Below are positions 1-11,810 of a stretch of DNA of 64,000 nucleotides, one piece after another. The first letter of the stretch is position 1; every line of letters starts with the position of its first letter. Position numbers and translations under genes: made by a program. The DNA lies in assembly GCF_018350175.1 (NCBI RefSeq), contig NC_058368.1:210182001-210246000 (forward strand), given 5' to 3'. The notes beneath the pieces are model-generated. The model saw only the letters and a program-made list of their open reading frames with translations, ran no database searches and was not told the origin of the DNA. The DNA is from Felis catus (Eukaryota).

Positions 1-305
1 TCAGATACATGCTACACCATGGATGAATCTTGAGGACATTATGCTAAATGAAACAAGCAAGTCACAAAGAGATGAATACTATATGATTCCACTCATATGA
101 GATTGCTAGAGTAGTCATTTTCAGAGACATAGAGCAGAATGGGGGTTGCCAAGGGCTGGGAGGGGGAATAGGGAGTTATTATTTAATGGTATAGAGTTTC
201 AGTTTTGCAAGGTGAATACGTTCTAGAGATTGCACAATAGTGTGAATCAGTTAGCACTATTGAACTATGTGCTTAAAAATGATTAAGATGGTAAATTTTA
301 ATGGT
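1..305 (+). mobile_element. Old L1 (L1M-type) 3' UTR fragment
   Basis: catggatgaatcttgaggacattatgctaaatgaaa..atatgattccact..gggagttattatttaatgg motifs. Confidence 0.8.
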
Positions 306-449
306 ATGAAAAAAAATTTTTAAGCCATTACTGGCCAAAGCCATCCCTAATTATGTTTCTGAATTTGGGCTTAAAAAAACAAAAACAAAACAAACCTTCA
401 TTTTTCCTATTCCTAAAACCAAAACTAGAAGGAAATATTCTGCTCATCT

Positions 450-2935
450 CTGATTCCCAAAAGCTATTTCTTTGAAAACATTAATAAAATTAATAAGCTC
501 CTAATTTTTACAAAAAAAGAAACAAAACATTACCAATATCAGGAATGATATAGAGTGTCATTATCGATCCTACAGCTATTAGAGTGATAATAAAGGAATA
601 TTATGAATAACACTGTGCCAGAAAGACACCAAAAAAAAAAAAAAATTCAACAGCCACTCACATAAAATCCCCAAAAGGATTTAGAATAGAAAGGAACTTC
701 CTCAACCCAAAAAGAACATTTTCAAAAAACTGACAGCTAGTATAGTGCCTTCATTGTCAATGAAAGACTTAATACTTCCCTATGAAGATTGGGAAGCAAG
801 CAAGGATGTCCACTATAGTCACTTCTATTCAACATTATGGAATAGGACTGAAGGTCTTAGCCAATGTACTAGGTTAAGAAAAAGAAATAGGGGTGCCTGG
901 GTGGCTCAGTTGGTTGAGCATCTGACTTCGGCTCAGGTCATGATCTCATGGTTTGTGAGTTCGAGCCCCGTGTTGGGCTCTGTGCTGACAGCTCAGAGCC
1001 TGGAGCCTGCTTCGGATTCAGTCTCCCTCTCTCTCTGCTCCTCCCCCACTCATGCTCTGTCTCTGTCTCAGAAATAAATAAACATTAAAAAAAATTTTTT
1101 TTAAAAAGAAAAAGAAAAAAAATAAAAGTTTTATATTTTGGAAGTAAAGAGGTAAAACTATATTCACAGATGAACGATAGCTGGTATAGGAAAAACTTTA
1201 GGAATCAATTAAAAGAAAAAAAAAATACTACAACTAATAAGTGAGTTACCAAGATCACAGATAACAGCATACAAAGTATACTAAAAACAACTATATTTCT
1301 ATATATTAGCAAAGAATAATTGGAAGTTGGAAACTTTTAAGTATTCCTTTAGTAGTACATTTTTTATAAAAAAATAGTAAAGGAGTTATTAACAAAAGAT
1401 GTGCAAGACCTGTACACTTAAAACAAACATTGTAGAGAAAAGCTAGAGAAGATTGAACGAAATACATAAATTGGAAGGTTCAATTTATTAAGATATTAAC
1501 CCTCCCCAAATTGATCTAGAGAGTCAAGGCCATCTCAGTCAAAATTCCCGCAGACTCTTTTTTCATTGACAAGCTAATCTTTAATTTATAAGGAAATGCA
1601 AAGGACCTAAAATAGCTAAAATCTTGAAAAAGAAGAACAAATTTGATAACTTATGCTTTGGATTTCAACTTATAATAATCAAGATGGTATAATATTGGTA
1701 TAAGCATAGAAAACTTATTATTGAAACAGAAGAGGGAGCCCGGAAATTGACTCACTCATTTTTGGCCAGTTTTTGACAAAGATATTGAGATAGTTCAAAG
1801 AAGGAAAAGATACTATTTTTTGTAATACCCCTGGAACAAATAGCCCTCATTACCCACCTCACACAAAAATTAATTTGAGATGAAATATGAAAACACAGAA
1901 GCTTAATCTATAAAACGTCTAGAGGAAAAACATGGGAAAATATTTTCATAAATTGGAACAGGTAATTTTTACAGACACAGAAAGTATTAACCATAAAAAA
2001 TAGATAAACTGGACTACCAACATTAAAAATATTTGTTTTCAAAAGATTACATTAATACAAGAAAAGAGAAACTGGGAGATGAGTGCCTGCGTGGCTCAAT
2101 TGGTTAAACCTCTGACTTTGGCTCAGGTCATGATCTCACAACTCGTGAGTTCAAGCCCCATGTAGGGCTCTGTGCTGACAGCTCAGAGCCTGGAGCCTGT
2201 TTCAGATTCTGTGTTTCCTCTCTCTCTGCCCATCCCCCTGCTTGTGCTCTGTCTCTCTCTCTCTCTCAAAATAATAAATAAACACTTAAAAACAATTTTT
2301 TAAAGAGAAACTGGGAGAAAACATTTGTGATATATAGATCTGGAAAAAAAGCTTGTAATCAGAATATGTAAAGAACTCAATATAAACAATTTGATTAAAA
2401 AATAAGCAAACAATCTGTCAGACACTTCAGAAAAAGTACATATAAATGTCTAAGAATCACATCAAAAAATGCTCAACATAATTAGTCATCAGGGAAATGT
2501 AAATTAAAACCTCTGTCAGATATCACTTCCCATTCACTAGAATAGCTAAAATTAAGAATGCCAATGATACTGTGTTGCAGAGACAGTAGAGCAATCAGAA
2601 CCCCCATGTATTGCTGTAAAGTGATACGACCACTTTGGAAAATAGTCCGGCAATTTCTTTTATCGTTAAATCTACGCCTACCCTATGATAACCGATCACA
2701 CTTAGTTATTTTCCCAAGAGAAATGAAAAGCAAAAAGCTTAGAGAAGAATGTTCATGGCAGATTTTATACCTATGAGCTCCAACATGTGAACCACTCAAA
2801 TGTACATAAGCCCGTAAATGGATAAGCCAATTGTGGTACGTCCGTAGACTGGAATGTTATCCAGGAGTAGAAAGCAGTAAGTTGCGGTTACACATAACCA
2901 CATGGATGAATCTGAAACTGTACGACATTTGGGGG
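450..2935 (+). mobile_element. Degraded old L1 ORF2/3' UTR (L1M-type), with SINEs inserted
   Basis: A-rich; ORF2 remnants (caaggatgtccacta..ctattcaacat, tgacaaag, ttagtcatcagggaaatg, cactttggaaaa). Confidence 0.8.
890..1110 (+). mobile_element. Can-SINE (SINEC_Fc); similar + copies at 2081-2302, 8952-9180, 17501-17699, 21892-22107
   Basis: gggtgcctgggtggctcag tRNA-derived head, (CT)n, aataaa, A-tail. Confidence 0.92.
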
Positions 2936-2944
2936 GATGAAGCC

Positions 2945-3281
2945 AAGAGGCTGGTCTATGGGGTGAAGGACCAAGGGCTTGGCATATGTGCAGCTCATAC
3001 AGCAGTATGCTGCCGCGCATGGGCTGGTAAGCTCTGGCGGTAGCATAGACTCTAACCCTCATGCTGTGTGATGGAAGGCCATCTCCTGAGGATGCTGTAG
3101 ACATCTCAGATGGAAAATTCTGCTAGGGCAACTGCAAGATCCCTTTCAAAACCAAGATTCTGTGGTTTGCCCCCAATTCTTTCATTCATTTTGATGTTGT
3201 CTCCTCAACGGTGTTGTGCAAGTTCTTTGGGAGCAGTAAACTGGGTTTATACTGGGAACCACTCACAGCATTACATGTCAC
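2945..3281 (-). pseudogene. GREB1-like pseudo-exon, last one seen; abuts old L1
   Basis: tttgtttacag|VTCNAVSG..; after a frameshift PQNLGFERDLAVALAEFSI* (GREB1 TQNVQYNQNRFLCDDVDFNLR); 3' end approximate. Confidence 0.6.
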
Positions 3282-4049
3282 CTGTAAACAAATCATATTT
3301 TGTCATATGTCATCCTAACCCAAAAACTCCAGAGCCTGTGCTATAGCCCGAGTTTCCTTCCTCTCATGTGGGCTCATTTAAGTACCTGCAAACCATCTGA
3401 GTGATGGCTGGCCCTTGAACTCAGTTTGTCATTCAGTTTTAAATGTGTTGCTATTCGAGTCACCAGTTGATCTGTATGTAAACCGCTCACCACATCCGAA
3501 TGTCTCCCAAAATGGGTATTTAACTCTAAAACAATAGGTAAGAAAATGCAGCAGTATCAGTGCAAACACATCAGATCAGAGCAGGTGGCCTGCTTACTGG
3601 GCTAGCAGTTTTCACTGAAATTTAAATATTTGCATGATATATGTTTCTTAAACTGCACGAAGTGTGAAAGATTGCAATGTACCACTTTTGGAACTGGGCC
3701 AATATGGCCTTGGAGAAATGATTTAGATTTTAACAAAATAAATAAGAAGTATCAAAAACTCCAAATTAAACAGAGGCTAAGCAATAGTCATTATTATAAC
3801 TCACTTTTTTATTTAAACTGGGGACTCTATTCAGAATAAAGTGCTGGCTCAAAGTGCTCATTATATTAAATCATTAACTTGACTTGAAATCTTAACATTT
3901 AGGCCAGGTAAATTTCACACCTGACTTGCTTTTTAATGAAATCTATTGGTAAAGCTAGCATAATAACCAAAGGCAGGATTCAAAATGCAGTAAATACTCA
4001 TATCCAGTAAAAAGCTGCATTCCTTCTACCCAATGATCAGATATCTCAC

Positions 4050-4514
4050 CCTGTGTAGATGGTCAATAACTAAGCACAAGGTCATAAGAGTGAGATCTAG
4101 ATTACTGACAAGAGATGATGATAGTCGGAAGATATCTTTTGATACTAAACCAACATCAAAGAGCATGAAACATGCATCTGTGAATTGGGCCAGAAGGAGA
4201 CAGAGGCTAAACTGTAACTGATGAAATGGAAACTGACCTATATACTCGAACGGGAGAGCGAAAAGATTTTTGTAAGTCTCCCGTATCACTGCAGAATGGG
4301 CTTCAGGTCCTAAAAGAACCCACAGCTAACAGGACACAAGTTCCTTTCCCTCAGCAGATGCAGAGAAACTACCAAGTCTCCAGACATGACAGCTTAGTAA
4401 CTGGATTGTCCCTCTTGAGTAGGAATCTGTAATGACTGGTTTCAATAATTGGCTCCAAATCCTTTCTTGTTCTGATAAAAGGAAGTAGTTCATAACAAGA
4501 AGGTATGTTACCAT
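4050..4514 (-). pseudogene. GREB1-like pseudo-exon, TAGT glycosyltransferase-like region
   Basis: ttttttcttcag|MVTYLL..KPVITDSYSRG..LWVLLGPEAHSAVIRETYKNLFALP..FTDACFMLFDV..MTLCLVIDHLHR|gtgaga (GREB1 PIFTPTTGR..HVLVVKEYEMAIYKKYWPNHIMLVLP..SDDSCVMWNV..VSLKHIMQHIE); 155 codons with a single TAG at 4326-4328. Confidence 0.78.
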
Positions 4515-5791
4515 CTGAAGAAAAAAGAGTAAAGCAGGGAGACTTGATGGAAAAGGACCATTTTGGTCTAGGCCTGTCTGTGTTAAACTGTAGTTGACTT
4601 GCAGAGAAATGAAGTCACAGATAAGGATTTATGTGTATGTGTGTTTTTATAAATTGAGTGTGGGTAAGACATACCAAAGCTACAGATTATGAGGGTCTGT
4701 TAGTTCAACAAGACCGACTTTGTCATAAGGAACTTCATGTATGAAGTATGGATTCAAGTGTGGATTAGTTTTGGTATTAGTTGCCATTTTTCTTTCTGAA
4801 AATTGAATACGCTAAAATTAATTAGTAGAGGTGATTGTTTTGATCTTAGGATGAAGCAAAGTAGATTTTGAGGGACTTGCAGAAAGCTCTAGCTACAAAT
4901 AAAAAGAGAAAAAAAGCATAAAGATTTAGAAAACAAATCTTCAAAAAACACCCATAATAGATGTGCCGATGTCTTTCTAATTTTGTAAACATTTCTTATA
5001 TTTTAAGGTTTAAATTCACGATATTGTTATTGTCTTTTACTTTGCTCATAGCAGGCTATTAATGTTTATTTAGTAAATCAATACTTTTTCCCCAAAAGTT
5101 CATCCAAGTGATTAATATTCCCAAATTACTGAGTGTTCGAGCTTTAAACTCCACTTGGGGCAATGGATCTTCACATACTAGAAAACTGAAAGCAGAGGAG
5201 AGAAGTGACTTACTCAAAGTTAATAGCTAATGCAAAGAGCCGGTACTATACTTCTACATTTGCTTGAGAATGTTATGAAGAAAGGGCCAGCATAATAAAA
5301 AGTATCTACAATGCATTAAAAAATTAAGACAAAATAAACTTGAGTTGTACCTTATTTAAAAATACCCACAGAAAGAGTATCTACTTGTGTAATAATCTTA
5401 GTATTAAGCAGGTAGAGAAAATGATGAGTATATGAGGGAGGGGAAGGAGAAACAGGAAGAGGGAGGAAGGGAAAAGCGCAGAGAAGCAAGGAACCAGGCG
5501 CTAGAGAGAAATATGCAGCCAATTGAGAGCAAAGAAAGGAGAAGAAGCAAATGAAGAAAAGCTGATTTAAAAAAAAAAAAAAAAGGTCCAAAATGTGCTA
5601 CATACATACACCGGGATATTATTCAGCATTAGAAAGGAATGAGATTCTTCATACATGCTACAGCATGGATGAACCTTGAAGATACGCTAAGTGAAGTAAG
5701 TCAGGTACAAAAAGACACAGATTGCATGATTCCACTTCTACAAAGTGTCCTAGGGCAGGTGGATCCACAGAGTCAGAAAGCAGAGTGTGGT

Positions 5792-6414
5792 TTGGTGGGA
5801 ACGCAAGCTGGTGCAGCCACTCTGGAAAACAATATGGAGGTTCCTCAAAAAACTAAAAATAGAACTACTCTACGACCCAGCAACTGCACTACTAGGCATT
5901 TATCCATGGGATGCAGGTGTGCTACCTATGCACCCTCATGTTTACAGCAGCACTATCAACAATAGCCAAAGTATGGAAAGAGCCCAAATGTCCATCGATG
6001 GATGAATGGATAAAGAAGATGTGGTATATATATACAATGTAGTATTACTCGGCAATCAAAAAGAATGAAATCTTGCCATTTGCAACTACGTGGATGGAAC
6101 TGGCGGGTATTATGCTAGGTGAAATTAGTCAGAGAAAGACAAAAATCATATGACTTCACTCATATGAGGACTTTAAGAGACAAAACAGATGAACATAAGG
6201 GAAGGGAAAAAATAATATAAAAACAGGGAGGGAGACAAAACAGAAGAGACTCATAAATATGGAGAACTGAAGGTTAGTGGAGGGGTTGTGGGAGGGGGGA
6301 TGGGCTAAATGGGTAAGGGGCACTAAGAAATCTACTCCTGAAATCATTGTTTCACTATATGCTAACTAATTTGGATGTAAATTAAAAAAATAAAAAATAA
6401 AATTAAAAAAAAAA
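5792..6414 (+). mobile_element. Carnivore/felid L1 3' end inserted into an older L1 3' UTR (about 5590-6640)
   Basis: ORF2 C-terminus [20 protein letters not shown], poly(A) tail, TSD aaag(c/t)agagtgtggt at 5777 and 6415. Confidence 0.9.
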
Positions 6415-6857
6415 AAAGTAGAGTGTGGTGACACAGGCTCTGGGGAGAGAGACATGGGGAAATAGCACTTCGTGGATACAGAGTTTCAGTTTAGGATGAT
6501 GGAAACGTTCTCAAGATGGACGGTGGTGATAGTTACGCATCAGTGTGAATATACGTAATGTCACTGAACCATACATTTTAAATGGTTAAAATGGTAAAAT
6601 GTTATGTATATTTTCCCACAATAAAAAAAAAAAAACACTTAAAAGAAATGAATTGATTACAGGATCTCCTCTAATATCACAATAGTTCACTGACCATGAA
6701 AACTTGAAGGAAAGAAAATGAATAGATTTAAAGGCTTGTTCTCAGTTTTCTTGAGAATTCTTCAAGTCGTATACATTTGAAAAGTGAAAGTTTTTCTCTT
6801 ATAGTTTTCTTTAGCATGATGAACAAAATGTTTCTGGTAAGTCTTACAAATTGCTAC

Positions 6858-7268
6858 CTGGCCTTGACTTCTGCCAAACTAGCTCTAAATCAATGCAATA
6901 AGGTATCTGCGGCCGGCATTGCTGTATTCCTGCTCATTTCTGTGCCCGAGGGCCAGCAGGGCATTTCAGTGACGATGAATGGCCGCCTGCCGGCTTCTGT
7001 GAATTCCCAAGAAGAGAATGAGGTCTGGGCCTTCTGGGCTTGTGAGCGCCTTGGGTGGGCGGTTCTTGCTCCTTTCTTCTGGCCTAGGCCTCCAACATCT
7101 TGTTCTCAGGGGAACAACATCCATTTAGTCTTGTGGAAACGAGAAAACAAGGAGCCTTTTTTTTTCCTGCTTGCTCAAAGCCTCAGGACAAAGAGGAATA
7201 AGGAAAAGAGATTTGGAATTAGAAGAAGCTGCAATCAAACTTCTCCATCCGGCCTGTGTCCTTGGAAT
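6858..7268 (-). pseudogene. GREB1-like pseudo-exon
   Basis: ccttcctag|IPRTQAGW..GRSQGQ|gtagca; 137 codons, phase 0 to 0; 4 stops. Confidence 0.65.
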
Positions 7269-7428
7269 CTAGGAAGGAATTTAAAAATAGTGTGTTTCTT
7301 TAGTGAAGAGGAAGAGCTTAAATTTATCTGAATTCAATGTATGAAGCTACGCTTCAGCCATATTGATTTATTAATAGTCTATGTGAAGAGTGACTTCTTA
7401 CTAATATGGTATTTCGTGTCAGAATCAC

Positions 7429-7965
7429 CTCTTTAATTTTAGCAGTACAGAAATGCTAGAGAATTACTTAAAGAGATACCATTTTAAACCTGTGCATGTG
7501 CCTGGTCAATATTAATCTTCAACATGTCATAAAACCTTGACTATATTTCTGTTCCCCCTCCCTCAGCAAAATGGAGAGACCCATTTCTAACATATGGAAG
7601 CAGTTTCACACTGCAAGTTATTCCGAGGGGAAAATATGTGATTCATAAATGCTGTCAAATGAAATATGTATTTCCAAATGGTACCAAGTTGACCAAGCAC
7701 ATCCTACGACAGATTCCACATCTTTATTACCCCATATGCATAAATGAAAGAACAGTTTAGAGAAGGGCAAACAGCCCCTTTTAGCATCCTCCATCCGGAA
7801 GTCCCATGTTTGTTGCTGGGACACATATTCACGTAATCAAAGATTGCAAGTAACCTTATCACAACATAGCTTTATTTATAAACAAAATAGCACCTTCAAA
7901 TTATGGAGAAATGGGTATGCTCTGTCCAAAGTAATACATTCGTCTGGGTTATTTTCGTCAGTGGC

Positions 7966-8004
<39 letters not shown>

Positions 8005-8115
8005 ACAAGACGATTTTAGATGGCGAGGTTCACCATGCCATTTGCCTGCCGACATTCCAAAACAAACCTCTTTGGTCAGAATACGAAGAGAAAATGGTGA
8101 GACCAAGTGAAGCAT
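7429..8115 (-). pseudogene. GREB1-like pseudo-exon
   Basis: ctgtaag|MLHLV..CFGMSAG..GEPRHLK (FSGMDPHGESLPRSLR)..EQKYSQGFMTC (DPKYEDASLIC)..|gtgatt; 229 codons in one frame with stops. Confidence 0.68.
7969..8001. repeat. (AT)n microsatellite
   Basis: Perfect AT run. Confidence 0.95.
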
Positions 8116-8449
8116 CTTACAGTGTTTACAGAGGGCAAAACCAAAGTGCAGCTAGACTGACGCAGTCTGTGGCCACATCTCAACGAGGCTTTTACAAACC
8201 ACGGAAGCAGGAGAACCCTCAGAGCCCAGGCACATCACAACTTCAGAGGAGAGGAAGCTGTCAAGTAGTCATTTAACTCACAATGGAAGCCAGGAGGGAC
8301 TCTTTCTTACAGGAAAAATCTCTCCCGTGCTTTAGTCCCTAAATATTAGCTGTCTGGTCTCAGGCACATCCTGTAATTTTAGAGGCTTTCTTTTCTCATA
8401 AGCACAAGGGTCTAATAACCTACTTTTTGAGAATCCTATAATGCAGTAA

Positions 8450-8660
8450 GAGCGGCAGCTTACTGAGCATTTTGTACGTGCCAGGTGTTTTACCTCCGTT
8501 ACCTTGCAACTCTGTGAAGTATGTTTTATTATCTCCATCTTACAGACAAGGAAACCTGGGCTCAGAAGCATCAAATGCCCTGCCCTGGCTTATTATTAGT
8601 AAATTCAGGAGATGGAATTTGAATCCAGGTCTCTTTTCCACCAAAGCTTGGATTTTTTAA
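8450..8660 (-). mobile_element. MIR SINE remnant (others near 23830-24070, 31650-31850, 35470-35650, 44960-45110)
   Basis: ttactgagcat..gtgccagg..ttattatctccatcttacagacaaggaaac..ggaatttgaatccagg. Confidence 0.65.
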
Positions 8661-9313
8661 AACCACGCATTCTGGACCTTAGTAAGCATTCATTGAGTCA
8701 CCAAAAACTAATATATTTAAATCTGTCTTACAACAGGTAAAGTAGGATGGAAATGGAAGTCTTTAAATTACCCCAGTGCATAAAAGAAGCATCATGGGAG
8801 GTCACCAAGGTCCAACATTTTATACTACTTCTTAAGGTCATATTAAGTTAAACAACAGGCAAAAGGATAAAGATTAGTCGTGACATCCATAAGCATATCA
8901 TATAGTAGCTACTGTCTTTAAGAATGAAAAAAAGAAATAATTTAAAAAGTCGGGGTGCCTGGGTGGCTCAGTCGGTTGAGCATCTGACTTCGGGTCAGGG
9001 CATGATCTCGCAGTCTATGGGTTCAAGCCCCGCATCAGGCTCTGTGCTGACAGCTCCGAGCCTGGAGCCTGCTTCGGATTCTGTGTCTCCCTCTCTCTGC
9101 CCCTTCCCCGCTCATGCTCTGGCTCTCTCTCTGTCAAAAATAAATAAAATATTAAAAATTTTTTTTAATTAAAAAAAAAGAATTTAAAAAGAAACGAAAA
9201 AAGAAATTTCTTAAATTTAATAATTTAAGAAAGAAATTCCAGTTTTGACACTGGAATAATAGTAGAATTTAATGGCGTATGCTATGATACCTATTGAAAA
9301 GGTCACCACTCAC

Positions 9314-10223
9314 CCCCAAATATAAAGCATACTACACATGATGACCGTATCTTTTGGGGTCAATTACAGAACACTCTCAAAATTATAAAGCCATTTTTTC
9401 CCCTCACCATTGTGTTTTGATTGACAGAGTGATTTTGCCAGATGTTCTATACCACATGACTTAATTAAAATTATTTGTTTTTTAATCTGTGAACCTCTCT
9501 ATTTACACAGGCATTAGTGAAGTGATTTTGGAAAATAAGAAATTTTCTTCAGTTGAATTACTGCTGCTATAAATCTCCAGATTCCAAAATGCAAGTGAAA
9601 TTAATTCACTGGCTATCACCCACTACCGCACATAACTGGATTATAAATTAAGCAGCACAGTTTAGAGGTGAGGTTGGGTGAATGCATTCAACACAGAATT
9701 CTGAGGGCTTGGTCCTACCTCCAGAATGGTAGCAAGGGCCATGTTTGACACAGAGTCTGAGTCTTTTTGCTTCTTGCTCACATCAAAGACTTTTATTATC
9801 TCTATGCCTTGATTTTCCAAAGTTGGTCTGTGTATACATCTAGACCAATGTACAAACCAAGGGAGGAAAGTGTCTAGACTCTTTAGAACTTACGATGAAC
9901 AGATCCCTTGAACACTATCAGTATGAGAAGCAGATGGGTTCAGAAAATAGGATGGATTGGGCAAACTCTGGGTGATGATGGTTGTGTTCAGTGGGTTGAG
10001 AGAGAGTTTTCTCATCTTCTCCGATTTCCTATTATGAAATGATTCCCATTCTGAAAATGAGTGATTTCTTTATCAGCGTGGTATTGACGAGAAGAGGAGT
10101 AGCTTTCTTTTTCTGTTCTAATGTTGATTTTTTGTCTCTAGTGTGGGCTTCTCATAATGAATCAAAACTAGAAATGCTTGATTTCTAGAGTTGGCAGTTT
10201 AATAACTTCATTTTCAACAAGAA
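9314..10223 (-). pseudogene. GREB1-like pseudo-exon (large)
   Basis: ctttaag|FLLKMKLLNCQ (GREB1 LVDRLLNCR)..GIIS**EI (LISPYNEI)..QIILIKSC..YNFESVL (MVLLRVPC..HFEIIL)..|gtgagt; many stops and a frameshift. Confidence 0.68.
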
Positions 10224-10301
10224 CTTAAAGCAGCTCAAACAAATTAGACGTTAGTTGAAAGGCTGAGTGTTTTTCCCTTCTACTTCATATACTGTACTTA
10301 C

Positions 10302-10661
10302 TATAACAGTTTTATATTTATAGTACACAGAATTGGTTATTGCTTCAGCAGCAATGACCAGTACTGGAATGCTTCCAGCAGGATCCATTCATCCTGTGTC
10401 TCAAGTTGAGCTAGTAGCTTTGTGAATCAGCCTGGAAACTTCCTGTGTAAACTGCCTCTATTTTCCTCTGGGGTCCTGGTTATTTTACTTTAACTCAGTA
10501 CAAAACATCTCATAAAATAGAACCAAGAGTGTTCCGTCACAGTTAATAGTGTCACTCTGTGGCCCTACCACCCCCTCTGTAAAGACATAGTTTTTTATAT
10601 GATGGTGGGTAATTTGTTATTTCATTCTTCTTGCATTTTTATTGAGCTCCTCCGTGTAGGG
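10302..10661 (-). pseudogene. GREB1-like pseudo-exon
   Basis: tatttctag|PYTEEL..GSIPVLVIAAEA..KTVI|gtaagt; exactly 120 codons; 5 stops. Confidence 0.7.
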
Positions 10662-10744
10662 CTAGAAATAAGTACAGAATATCTCATGCTAGTGCTTCCC
10701 TCATAAATTGGCAGATTCCTTTTTCTTCTGGGGCTGCCACTTGC

Positions 10745-11492
10745 CCTTATTAAAACTATCTTGGAGGGGTTCCTGGGTGGCTCAGTTGGTTAAGCCTCTG
10801 ACATTGGCTCAGGTCATGATCTCGTGGTTCATGGGTTTGAGCCCTGCGTCTGGCTCTGTGTTGACAGCTCGGAGTCTGGAGCCTGCTTTGGATTCTGTGT
10901 CTCCCTTTCTCTCTGCTCCTTCCCTGCTTGTGCTCTCTCTTTCTCTCTCTCAAAAATAAATAAACATGAAAAAAAATGTCTTGGAATATTTTAATATAAT
11001 GTTGAGGTTTGTTTTTTCTTTTTACAAAAATCAAGATTATGATTCAGACCCTCTGTGTCTCTTCTTTCTGGGGTTCCATACAGAGACTAAGGTCACTTGC
11101 TATGATTTGCCTATTTTTTCTACAGAAGATCTCATTTTTACAGTTGAAACTTCAGAGGTTTCAAATTTTTGGTGAAGAATCCTAGTACTATGGCAATATT
11201 TTTGATGTAGTTTATGCTTCCAGCCTAATTTTTTGCCTCGCAGAAATGAACATTTTAATGAACATTTAATAATTTCAGGCCAAGACACTTTCCAAAAACA
11301 TTTTTTTTCAGGGACACCAAGGTCAGATTTCAGACATATCAAAACAGCAAACAAACTTTTGCATTTGAGAGGAAATCATTAATGGCTTCAAGCAAAATAT
11401 CTGAGAGACTGATTTCAGCATCAGTGTCAATATTTTAATATCCTTACTACAGAGATTTCTTTTGAAGTCTTCTGAGTAGCCCTTAACTTCAC
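10745..11492 (-). pseudogene. GREB1-like pseudo-exon interrupted by a SINE
   Basis: 3' end TNLNIILKYSK[SINE]IVLIR|gcaagt (GREB1 QNLDLGSFEKVDFLI); frameshifts; 5' boundary weak. Confidence 0.55.
10766..10977 (+). mobile_element. Can-SINE inside a pseudo-exon
   Basis: SINE head and tail; TSD aaa.t.tcttgga. Confidence 0.9.
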
Positions 11493-11639
11493 CTTACACT
11501 GAATCATAATCATAGTATGGGGTTTGAGTAGCAATCCTTTTCTCATTAATTGTCAGGTTACTCAGAACATCTGGAGAGTTAGTCACTGACTCCAGGAGTC
11601 TCCACTGCCATCTTCCTAAATGTGGTATCAGGTGACAGA

Positions 11640-11810
11640 GACCTGGAGGTGCTCTCTAGGACTACCTCTTAACCATATGTATACATCACTAGGGATCATG
11701 TCAAATACGATCATTCTGTAGGTATGGGGTGGGCCTGAGAGTTTCTGTTTCTAACAAACACCCAAGTAATGCTTCTGGTCTACCTGGACCACACTTTGAC
11801 CAACAATCTC
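11640..11810. mobile_element. MER5A-like element (similar remnants near 27430-27600 and 50230-50420)
   Basis: ggtatggggtgggcctgaga..tttctaacaa..ggaccacactttga. Confidence 0.6.

Noticed and set aside
4050..4160. Resemblance of VSKDIFRL..LCLVIDHLH to LURP-one/tubby-like C-termini
   Set aside because: Spacing differs, and the upstream motifs and all other exons fit GREB1 instead.
4178..4372. Two possible mini-introns (63 nt at 4372-4310 and 60 nt at 4237-4178) that would give a stop-free spliced ORF
   Set aside because: Both are at or below the usual mammalian minimum and are multiples of 3, and part of the read-through sequence (LWVLL) aligns to GREB1; one exon with one stop is simpler.
6777..7331. 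184-aa + strand ORF
   Set aside because: It overlies the - strand pseudo-exon 7268-6858, starts at TTG and resembles no protein I recognise; best explained as an antisense shadow.
7618..7900. LREYV..WDFRMED..LFF as the GREB1 C-terminal motif (WQFRLRD..LFF)
   Set aside because: It would break collinearity; flanking motifs place this exon before the TAGT domain.
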